Part shown: positions 1 to 9,159 of the stretch, piece after piece
How positions within the stretch are numbered: the first letter of the stretch is position 1
Layout of the letters: the number at the start of each line of letters is the position of its first letter
Source: Octopus sinensis
Lineage: Eukaryota
DNA length: 21,961 nucleotides
Assembly (NCBI RefSeq): GCF_006345805.1
Contig: NW_021823591.1
Coordinates: 1-21,961, forward strand
Direction of reading: 5' to 3'
Translations under genes and position numbers: made by a program
The notes under the pieces: model-generated
Database searches by the model: none
Seen by the model: only the letters and a program-made list of their open reading frames with translations
What the model was told of the DNA's origin: nothing

Positions 1-290
1 GAAGAGGGTATTTTCAAGTTAAAGGAAGATGGAGAAGCATTGTGCAAGAAAATTGTTCATATTTGGTTGTTGATTAAAAATGTACTGGCAAGTATGTATT
101 GACCTTGATGAATTCTTTGCCATGAAACACCTCACCTGTGGGAAGAGGGTATTTTCAAGTTAAAGGAAAGATGGAGACGCATTGTGCAACAAAAGGATTC
201 ATATTTGGTTGATTAAAAATGTAATGGCAAGTATTTATTGACCCCTTTCTTTCTTTTAAAATCGGCACGAACTTTCCGGACAACCCAATA
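1..290 (+). mobile_element. mariner (Tc1/mariner) transposon 3' end with right TIR; last ~100 bp of coding region duplicated in tandem
   Basis: 142-216 reads EEGIFKLKERWRRIVQQKDSYLVD*, a mariner transposase C-terminus. TIR aaatcggcacgaactttccggacaacccaa at 259-288 is followed by TA (289-290), and its reverse complement matches 21612-21641 at 28/30. 1-104 repeats 142-243. Confidence 0.9.
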
Positions 291-562
291 CTAACAATAA
301 CTCTAAGCACCTTTTTAAACTCCACCTGTCTAACACCCGTGGACATGTTTACAAAGTCAGAAAACAGCACAGCTCCCTTGACTTTTGGAAACATTTTTTC
401 ACGCTAAGAGTTGTTGAAGCATGGAACAAACTGCCGGCATCAGTTGTTAGTTGTCGGAGCACTGCATCCTCAAAATTTCCATGCTTCCTGAGATTCACCA
501 ACACTACACCTGATTTTCTCCCCTCCATAAACACGCAAGCATGTATCTGACTCATACACTGT
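291..562 (+). mobile_element. CR1-group LINE 3' fragment (ORF2 C-terminus plus 3' UTR)
   Basis: 329-469 reads SNTRGHVYKVRKQHSSLDFWKHFFTLRVVEAWNKLPASVV, which matches the TRGH...FFxxRVVxxWNxLP signature at the end of CR1/L2 ORF2. Confidence 0.8.
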
Positions 563-563
563 T

Positions 564-1055
564 TGGGAGTGGCACTTCTTCACACATCTCTCCTCATCCA
601 TCCATAATACATGAACATACCAACGCAAACGTCTCTCCTGCACGCTGCATCCTATGCTTCTTATGCCCAACACTATTCTCAGGTCGCTTACACTCTGTCG
701 TGTGTACACACTGATATTACACATCCAGTGGATCATGCTAGCTTTATTTCATTCGAGCCTACGCATGTCCTCCGCAGTCACAGCATATCTCCAGAGCTCT
801 CGGTCTTTCGTCATCGCCTCTGTGAGGCCCAACGTGCCACCGGCACAGGTATCACAACTACAATATCCATTTGACTTTTATTTTGATGTTGATGTTGATA
901 TACTTGACTCAATAGGTCTCCTCAAGAACAGCAGGTCACTCTACGATCCAAGGTTAGCACAGTAGGCCATCCTGCGAGCCATGGACTCACTTCATTTGTC
1001 GGGTCTTCGCAGTCACAGCATATCTCCAGAGGTCTCCGTCTTTCGTCATCGCCTC
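564..1055 (-). mobile_element. RTE LINE 3' fragment, internally rearranged
   Basis: The minus-strand ORF gives WMCNISV...SIGCSVQERRLRWYVHVLWMDEERCVKKCH, homologous to the RTE C-terminus at 9300-9500. The terminal segment (EAMTKDR.LWRYAVTA) occurs twice, at 774-832 and 1009-1055. Confidence 0.85.
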
Positions 1056-1207
1056 GATAATCATGCTTCACCAGCCCTTCATATTAAACACATTCTGATA
1101 ACTAGAAAAAAAATATTCATCGCTTCCTGTTTACCATTTTCGTCTCTCTTTTTCTCTTTTTAATTTGTGTTCCTCAAATCTAATTTTAAATTTTTAATTA
1201 TTTCTAG

Positions 1208-3763
1208 ATTGTTCGAAGAATAAAACAACACAAGAAGAGAATGAAAACCTGTTTGGCAGCATTAGAATTTTTCCGGCCTTTGCTATGAAAGAACCGGAAG
1301 TTATTCAGAGATTTCCAGAAGCTGAGACGATTTCCGATATGAGAATGACACCACCAAGCTTTTCAATAAAGACCACAACTATTTCTCGGTAGAAGAGAAA
1401 TGCGGAGTGTTAATGTCGGACAGCTTAGCTAAAAACGAGAACGGGGATTTAGATAAAATGCTTTAGATTCAGTTGTTTCGGATGATTTTCGAAATGGAAA
1501 AATCATTTGTTATCGCTTCAAAGTGAAAACCAAGAGGATTGTATACTTCCTGGGGATATAACGAGAGAAACGTCTAGAATTAACCGACCTCGATTTGATG
1601 CACGTTTTCGGACTAATTCGTTGGATTCAGCATTTAGTGAAGACTCGCTTATTGATTTTGAAGGTGGTGAAGATTCAAAGCTTGAATCGATTATAGATCA
1701 ATTGAATTTCTATCCAGACGATCTCAGACTGATCTTTCGAGTTATGTGAAATCGGATAACAATTCTACTTTTAATGATATTGATAGCTTTGATGTGAACG
1801 ATCTGTTTTGCTCAGACGCCATTTGCGATGATTCACAAATGGCTGCCGTCCATTCTTCAGATCTGGTCAATGCGGAAAATACGTCCGATTGCGAAGATCC
1901 TCACATAAAACAGCAGAGTCATCGTTTCCTTATCAAACCTGACACTTCGTTCCCAACGGTGGACATGAACGAATATCCAGAACTCGAAATACGACAATCA
2001 ACAAACCATACATCGCCTTCGTCCCAGCTTATGGCTCGCTCAGATGTCGCTGCTGGCTACACAAATAGCGATCACGTGGGTTTAGATTCTCTCTCACCTA
2101 TAAACACAGATATTCTTAAAATGTCATTCAGTCATAAAGGTGAATCGTTAAAGAAAGATATAACAATTTCACCCCCGAAACTTTTACCGGATGCTGAGAA
2201 TTACGGAAACGTAGATGAATATTGCGTGATTGATATTAATGGGAATGTCCAAAAGGACAACACAGCGCTTGTTTCTGATAATATGAAGTCTTCCCCAGGA
2301 GCAGTCGAACAGAAAGATGACCTTATGAAAATAAAAATGGAATCATCTGGTAATGTTTTGGAATTAGATCGATCGAAAAGGCAATGCCGTTCACAAGCTT
2401 CTGATAAGGATGTTTCTGGGAGGAATGAAGTGGAGAGCGACACTCTTAAGGGAGATAACTCACTTTTAGAGCCATTATGTTTTTTTGATACTTTGGATTC
2501 GTATGATATGAAAAAATCTTATAAAGGTAATAAGGGATGGTTTTCAGTGAGGTTTGAATCGGAATCTGGGAGGTCGGAGAGGAATGGTTTAAAGACCCCA
2601 GGAAATGTAGAATTCGATGAACACATCGAAATGAAAAGCGAATCTTCTGGAAATACGTTGAGTTGCATGACGCGAACAGTTAATGATGGAGAATTTGAAC
2701 GGGCGAAAGCTGAACAGTTATCTAAGCCAAGAAAAGCACACGGATATACGGGATTTGATTTCAAATAAGGACCGTTTAAAATCTGTTTTGAAAGATTTGG
2801 TTCTAAATAAAGACTATTTTGAACAAGATAAAACAAACCCTCTTTCGCCGACGGAGCAAAAGGCATCAGTAGAAGAGTTCAATACAAAAAATTATTGCGT
2901 TCCTTAGATGTTTTAGCGATTCTTTCTCCGCAGTCTCAGGGTTCTAACGAAACGGAAATGTTAATTGAATCAGCTGATAATGAGGTTCCTTTTAAGACTA
3001 AGAAACGGTCAGTACACAACATGAATTTTCTCACAAAAAGTCCACAACAGCCGGAAGGAGGAACTAGCCAAGAAAACGCTGGCGGTAAAACACATGAATC
3101 AGAAATGGCTGACAGCTGTTTTGGGAGCTCCGGTGTATATAATAGGGAAGTTGATTTTGAGAAAAGATCAACAGATCCCGATGTGCTGTCCTTCAAAAAA
3201 ATATCTGAAAAAATCGAAAGCAATTTTTCACCCTCGTTTAAGATATCATCGAATGATTCGGATACCAACCAAATTAAAGTTCCAAGGTTATCTTTAAACC
3301 GGAAGCACTCGGTTGATTCGGTTCTAATGGAGGATAGTCTTCTACGTAAAGTCCTCACGGGTAACGTAACTTCACAGTCACCATTTTTCACAAATGGCCG
3401 GCCGATGCGTTAACTGCGAAACAAAAACACTACCAAACGATGTGTTTCAGAACTCGATTGATCTTTCTAACTGCCCTATTGTCAATAAAACATTCGCAGG
3501 GATCAATAAATTTCTCTCGGGATAAAAGTATCGGGATGTCAGAACTGGAGAAATATTTACGAGGCCTGGTTCCGACGGTAGGCAACAACGAGGCCGTTAA
3601 AGATTCACAGGAGACAAACACAGATTTCGACAGGCGTTTAATATGCCCTAAATATCCAGGAAGGTCGTTTCTTAAAAGATTGCTTACCGGCGAAATAAAT
3701 TCCGACATGTATTTTAAAATAGATGCCAAACTTTGCAAGCAGGAACGATCAGTCAACTCGTGA
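1208..3763 (+). CDS. large coding exon of an uncharacterised acidic/Ser-rich protein, frameshifted (sequence errors or pseudogene)
   Basis: A T-rich tract and ttctAG acceptor end at 1207. Chained overlapping + ORFs (1507-1749, 1746-2768, 2683-2907, 2895-3413, 3440-3763) can be joined into ~850 codons by shifts at ~1340, 1455-58, 1498-1502, ~1725, ~2735, ~2888 and ~3400. The 2.5 kb is free of the microsatellites found elsewhere. The start exon is not in the window, and the true end is uncertain. Confidence 0.7.
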
Positions 3764-3894
3764 GGCGGATGAATATGGCGAGACATTACGAATATGAAGG
3801 CCCCTTATGAAAATAATAAACTGAATTAGAAAGAAAATTATATAAACCATAAATTTATACGGATGCAATATTGATAGCATTTTATGAATATTTA

Positions 3895-3982
3895 CACACA
3901 CACACACACCCACATACACACACATACATACATATATATATAATAATATATACATATATAATATACATACATATATACATAC

Positions 3983-4073
<91 letters not shown>

Positions 4074-4097
4074 ATATATATATACACATACATACAT
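3895..4097. repeat. compound (CA)n/(TA)n/(CATA)n microsatellite
   Basis: Read directly from the sequence. Confidence 0.97.
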
Positions 4098-4225
4098 ACG
4101 ACGGGCTTCTTTTAGTTTCCGTCTACCAAATTCACTCAAATGCCCGAGGTTATAGTAGAAGACACTTGCTTAAGGTGCCACGCAGGGGGACTGAACCCAG
4201 AACCATGTGGTTGGTAAGCAAGCTA
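4098..4225 (-). mobile_element. tRNA-derived SINE, partial 5' half
   Basis: Matches the copies at 19270, 19547, 19988, 20303 and 21394 (gacgggcttctttcagtttccgtct...gggactgaacccagaaccatgtggttggtaagcaagcta). Confidence 0.85.
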
Positions 4226-4396
4226 TATATATAGATGCGTGTATTTTTCCCTTGTCAACAATTAACACGGAAAAAATGGATAAATAGTTACCAGGGTAGC
4301 AAAAAATCACGCAAGTAAAGAGGTTGTTATTCCTTGTTTTTAAAGGTATAAACTTCGGGTTTACGTAGATTTTTTGTATGATATATAAATAAATAA

Positions 4397-4548
4397 ATAA
4401 ATGGAGTTTAACGCATGTGTAATTCAAATTCTTTTACTTCCGTGTTTCGAAGATATCACTGATATTATTCCAAAGGAATAAAATGGTGTAAAACAATGTA
4501 ATCTTCTCTTCAGGGAAGTGAAAAAATGAAACTCGTCAATAAGACATT
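4397..4548 (-). repeat. hammerhead-bearing repeat family 1 (Penelope pLTR-like), left arm of inverted pair
   Basis: Reverse complement of 5157-5312. The minus strand reads acttcc-CTGAAGA-gaagat...atcttc-GAAA-cac-ggaagt (4519 to 4436). Stem III and the cleavage triplet are deleted, so it is probably inactive. Confidence 0.75.
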
Positions 4549-4557
4549 GTAACTGAA

Positions 4558-4944
4558 AACTAGCAGTATTGCCCGGCGTTGCTCGGGTTTGTTTCGACCC
4601 TTTACAATTGGAATTTTTGAAAAGTAAAAAAATTTGCATTATGTAGCTTGTTATTCTCTTTAAGTGAACATTTTTCTGAAATACATCGAAAAATGGCGAC
4701 ACAGCAGTCAAAAAATTGTAAAAAATAGGGATTTTCATAGAAAAAAAGCACCTTTTTGGTGTAAATAATTTTTGGTGTTAACATGGTCCGATTTGAATTT
4801 TTTCTTCTACGGAAGGAAGAGCAAGCCTTCTATCATGCTCTCAATTTTGGTCAACGTGCGCTGCAGGGTCTCAGAGGAGATAATGTTAGTTGAAGGCTAC
4901 CAAACCTGCCATACACAGACAACTTCAGCTTTATATATATAGAT
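4558..4944 (+). mobile_element. Helentron-associated / DINE-1-like non-autonomous element
   Basis: Starts aactagcagtattgcccggcgttgctcggg, with a short cccg/cggg hairpin, and ends cagctttatatatatagat. These termini resemble HINE/DINE-1-like elements. No ORF. Confidence 0.55.
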
Positions 4945-5156
4945 GGATATGTATAATGATTTACTAAACGCTATTAATATTGTTTGAAAAAAGTTACTGA
5001 GATATAACGACAGTGGTAGCCTATAGAAAGAGGAGGGATAAATTAAGGAAAAGTTAAATAAATGAGAAGTATATGACTATATGTATATTAAATAAAACCG
5101 TATAAACTAGGAAAATATATTTTTTTTAGTACATACATATCCATCATTTTCTGTTA

Positions 5157-5312
5157 AATGTCTTGTGGACGAGTTCATTTCTTCACTCCCCTGAAGAGAA
5201 GATTACATTGTTTTACACCATTTTATTCCTTTGGAATAATATCAGTGATATCTTCGAAAAATGTGTCGGAAGTAAAGGTATTTGAATTACACCTGCATTA
5301 AACACCATTTAT
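5157..5312 (+). repeat. hammerhead-bearing repeat family 1, right arm of inverted pair
   Basis: actccc(5185-90)-CTGAAGA(5191-97)-gaagat...atcttc-GAAA(5256-59)-aatgt-GTC(5265-67)-ggaagt(5268-73), followed by a ~45-nt tail shared with 4397-4441 and 18462-18505. Confidence 0.75.
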
Positions 5313-5321
5313 ATATATGTA

Positions 5322-5394
<73 letters not shown>

Positions 5395-5480
5395 TATAAT
5401 ACCCTCCCATCATGTGTTTGTATATGTACATGTGTAGCTGTGTGATGGGGGGTATATATATACATATATATATAATGGTG

Positions 5481-5517
<37 letters not shown>

Positions 5518-5693
5518 ATATATATATAGATATATATATATAACCTTCAATCCCACACCTACACACGTACATATATAAACACATACATATCTATATTGCC
5601 ACAATGTTTTGTTAATATTAATTTTATATGGCATATATTTACATTTTTCTTTTCCTTTTAATTATGTGGTTCCGTGTGTGTATGTGTATATAT

Positions 5694-5754
<61 letters not shown>
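5311..5754. repeat. (TA)n-rich microsatellite blocks
   Basis: Read directly from the sequence. Confidence 0.95.
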
Positions 5755-6846
5755 TTTCAACAATTGAGGGCAAAAATTAATTAATTATTAATCAATTTCA
5801 CCAAGTGTTCAGTATGCAAAGGGACCATTCAAGGCGAATTCAAATTATTACATATATAAAAGGGCTTAGTAAAAATAAATTACTTTGCCGCATACTGAAC
5901 TCATTAGAAATAGCAGCTAAAAAACTTTTTAAGGCTTATTTCTAATACTTAAAGAAAATCTCTCTCATATATAGTGTTTGCATAAATTGAACTCACAAAA
6001 GTTTGGGGGTAATGACATCGAAAAATCAAATGCTAAGGTTATTCGAGAACGTACGTTTCAAGATTAGTCCAAACAACATTTCTATCATCGGCTCGGAAAT
6101 TCCTTGGTTTGGATTTGAAACACTGAAAATAAGAAACATACCCTCTCGAAGATCTGCTCCCAACTAACAGTGTCAACAAATTCAAAATAAGCAAGCGAAG
6201 AATCCTCTGTTCTCCCCCTTTCCCCCAGCGTGGGTTAAAATCATCAAACTCTATGCTTATTTCGGTAAAGTCCGAAGCATTTAATCAGAGGGAGATTAAT
6301 ATAATTTCAACAATTGAATTCGCCTTGAATGGTCCCTTTGCATACTGAACACTTGGTGAAATTGATTATAATTAATTAATTTTGCCCTCAATTGTTGAAA
6401 TTATAATTAATCTCCCTCTGATTAATGCTTCGGACTTACCGAAATAAGCATAGAGTTTGATGATTTTAACCCACGCTGGTGGAAAGGGGGAGAACAGAGA
6501 TTCTTCGCTTGCTTATTTTGAATTTGTTGACACTGTTAGTTGGGAGCAGATCTTCGAGAGGGTATGTTCTTATTTTCAGTGTTTCCAAATCCAAACCAAG
6601 GAATTCCGAGCCGATGATAGAATGTTGTTTTGACTAATCTTGAAACGTACGTTCTCGAATAACCTTAGCATTTGATTTTTCGATGTCCATTACCCCCAAA
6701 CTTTTGTGAGTTAAATTATGCAAACACTATATGAGAGAGATTTTCTTTAAGTATTAGAAATAGCCTTAAAAAGTTTTTTAGTTGCTATTTCTAATGAGTT
6801 CAGTATGCGGCAAAGTAATTATTTTACTAAGCCCTTTTATATAATG

Positions 6847-6850
<4 letters not shown>
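5755..6850. repeat. ~545-bp unit present twice in inverted, circularly permuted form (A-B / rcA-rcB); each copy has a hammerhead-like motif (family 4)
   Basis: A=5755-5843, B=5847-6316, rcA=6314-6400, rcB=6401-6850. The motif cgag-CCGATGA-t-aga...tct-t-GAAAC-gtac-GTT-ctcg is at 6607-6657 (+) and 6044-6095 (-). Confidence 0.9.
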
Positions 6851-6887
<37 letters not shown>

Positions 6888-7615
6888 TTTAGAAGGTTTG
6901 GAGATGATGTACAGGTATTATATATTAGAAGAAATGAGGTACTCAGAAATCTGGATGGTTTTATATTTACATATTTCTATTAGTATGTTACATGTTTTTA
7001 TAAATCATATATATTATCAGCGCTTTCGTCACTCTGGTGGAGTTTTCATATTGAACTAACTTTTGCAGGAATTTTGACCCTTTATATAGTATTATTGAGT
7101 GTGTAGGGGTGGGGGGAGAGATATAAGATAGTACAAGAGGGGTGGGGGGAATGGGGATAAAGTGAGATAGAGCGCCCGTGTGTGTGTATGTGTGTGCGTG
7201 TGTTTGTGTCTGAAAGAAGTGTAAAAGAGAAAGAAAGGAAGAAGAAGGAGAGAAAGAAGAAAAAATTGTTGATATCTTTGCAGCTGGTCAGTCTTTCAAT
7301 ATTATGTGATTGTTGGTTTTAAGAAATGGCAAACCCAGCTGGTCACTCCAAGATTGGGGTGGGTGGGCAAAATGTCACTTTTCAAAAAATTGTCTGGATT
7401 TCCTTTTTATCATTGTCTTGTGAGTTGTGTGTGTGTGTATGTGCGCGCGCGTTTGTGTGGGTGTCTGAGTATCTGAAAGGAGCGTCAAATGGAAAATTAT
7501 ATGTATATGTATTTGTGTATATATATATATGTGTGTATGAGAATTCGTATGTATATGAGTGTAAGACTATCCGGTGCATATGTGCAACCTTCATTTTTAT
7601 GTGTCTTGATTATGT

Positions 7616-7675
7616 TTCCACTGAGGATTAAAAAGTGCAATTTGTGCAATAATTATGAAATCATATGATCTGCAG
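7616..7675 (+). ncRNA. candidate minimal type-I hammerhead ribozyme
   Basis: CTGAGGA 7621-27; GAAA 7657-60; perfect 10-nt palindrome ATCATATGAT 7660-69 as stem III; AUC cleavage triplet ending 7670. Stem I (ttcca/tgcag) has a mismatch and stem II is weak. Confidence 0.45.
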
Positions 7676-8083
7676 CTGAATCTGGTTTTAAAATGCTCGG
7701 TTCAAGAGTTGCATTCCATCGCATTCCATTGCTCTGCATTGAAACGATCGAACTGCATTACCAATGGATATATTGTTCTGAAATGAAGACAGCATGTTCT
7801 TTGTCTATCTCCTTAACTTCTTGGAGATTTAAGGTAAAATTATACAAATGTGTCCATCTGTTTTAATTTAATTAAATTCTTTGTGCAGCTGAGGATTGCT
7901 CTGCATTTAGATGATGTAATGATTCATTGTTCAATTAAATGGAGTCGCTTGAAACGATTGTACTGCATTACCCATGGATATCCTTGTTCTGAAGTGAAGA
8001 CAGCATGTTCTTGTCTATCTCCTTAACGTCTTAGAGATTTTAGGTAAATTATACAAATTGTCCATCTGTTTTAATTTAATTTA
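7671..8083 (+). repeat. head-to-tail tandem of a ~210-bp hammerhead-bearing unit (family 2)
   Basis: GAAAC recurs at 7741 and 7951 (period 210), and 7741-7872 matches 7951-8083. The same unit is at 15022-15223 (-) and 15272-15500 (+). Confidence 0.9.
7884..7967 (+). ncRNA. minimal type-I hammerhead ribozyme-like motif (family 2)
   Basis: tgcag(7884-88)-CTGAGGA(7889-95)-long stem II-GAAAC(7951-55)-gatt-GTA(7960-62)-ctgca(7963-67). The upstream copy has loop gatc, giving a near-palindromic stem III. Confidence 0.65.
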
Positions 8084-8133
8084 AACACACACACCAACAC
8101 ACACACCACACACACATATATATATATACACAC

Positions 8134-8330
8134 AATGAATATACACACAATGATACACTCACAATATGTAGACATACACCTCCTGCGTCACAACGTCTAA
8201 ATATGTACATGCATATATGTATGTGTGCATGTACGTTTCCAACTTTTGATGGGTGTATACATATTTAGACGTTGTGAACGCAGGAGGTGTATGTCTACAT
8301 ATTGTGAGTGTATCATTGTGTATATTCATT
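8134..8330. repeat. foldback inverted repeat, ~73-bp arms
   Basis: 8134-8207 is the near-perfect reverse complement of 8258-8330, with a ~50-bp spacer. Confidence 0.92.
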
Positions 8331-8585
8331 TATATAATATGCATATAGATATACATATATATATATATATATATATTTATATACTTATATACATATATAT
8401 ATACATATATACATCATCATCATCATCATCATTTAACGTCCGCTTTCCATGCTAGCATTGGTTGGACGGTTCAACTGGGGTCTGGGGAGCCCGAAGGCTG
8501 CACCAGGCCAGTCAGATCTGGCAGTGTTTCTACAGCTGGATGCCCTTCCTAACGCCAACCACTCCGAGATGTAGTGGGTGATTTT

Positions 8586-8983
8586 ATGTGCCACCGACAC
8601 AGGTGCCAGACGAGGCTGGCGAACGGCCACGCTTGGATGGTGTTTTTTATGTGCACCGACACAGGTGCCAGATGAGGCTGGCGAACGACCACGCTCGATG
8701 GTGTTTTTATGTGCCACCGACACAGGTGCCAGATGAGGCTGGCGAACGGCCACGCTCGGATGGTGTTTTTATGTGCCACCGACACAGGTGCCAGACAAGG
8801 CTAGCAGACGACCACGCTCGGATGGTGTTTTTTATGTGCCACCGACACAGGAGCCAGATGAGGCTGGCGATCGGCCACGATCGGATGGTGATTGTTACGT
8901 GCCCACAGCATGGAGGCCAGTCGGTGCGCACTGGTTACGGCCACGTTCGGATGGTTTTCCTCGTGTGCCACCGGCACTGGTAC
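8586..8983. repeat. ~62-bp tandem repeat in the RTE 3' UTR (5 good copies, 1 diverged, 1 partial)
   Basis: The unit atgtgccaccgacacaggtgccagatgaggctggcgaacggccacgctcggatggtgttttt starts at 8586, 8649, 8709, 8771, 8834, 8897 (diverged) and 8963 (partial). Confidence 0.95.
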
Positions 8984-9159
8984 CACAAAGATACAAATTC
9001 CATTGATGTTCATCTAGTTTTATTTTGCTTGATTTTTTGATTTTTGATTTGATTTGATTCGATTTTCACTTGCCTCAACAGGTCTTCACAAGTGTCACAA
9101 GAAGGAAGGTATGCACAGGGGACTGACTACGTCCCAGGTAGGGGCCACGGGTTATGGCC

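Noticed and set aside
1237-1275. EENENLLAAL, resembling the PGC-1alpha EENEANLLAVL motif
   Set aside because: It needs an extra assumed frameshift, and that frame stops soon after. The as-read frame gives EENENLFGS, so it was not used for a gene call.
1746-3786. Antisense ORFs 2201-2443, 2519-2866, 2936-3391 and 3430-3786
   Set aside because: They are shadows of the plus-strand coding exon, with no independent support.
3749-4139. ORFs rich in Y/I/V/C/H/T (also 5410-5634, 7326-7631, 8225-8455, 13155-13493, 14098-14631, 15552-15752, 19101-19467, 20639-20902)
   Set aside because: They are translations of (TA)n/(CA)n microsatellites and SINEs, not genes.
5807-5900. 11-bp stem gttcagtatgc/gcatactgaac as a hammerhead stem II
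   Set aside because: On the minus strand the upstream core is CTAATGA and GAAA is 7 nt away from the stem. It is a real hairpin but not a supportable ribozyme.
8586-8983. CRISPR-like array
   Set aside because: The units are contiguous ~62-bp tandem copies with no unique spacers, inside a LINE 3' UTR in eukaryotic DNA.
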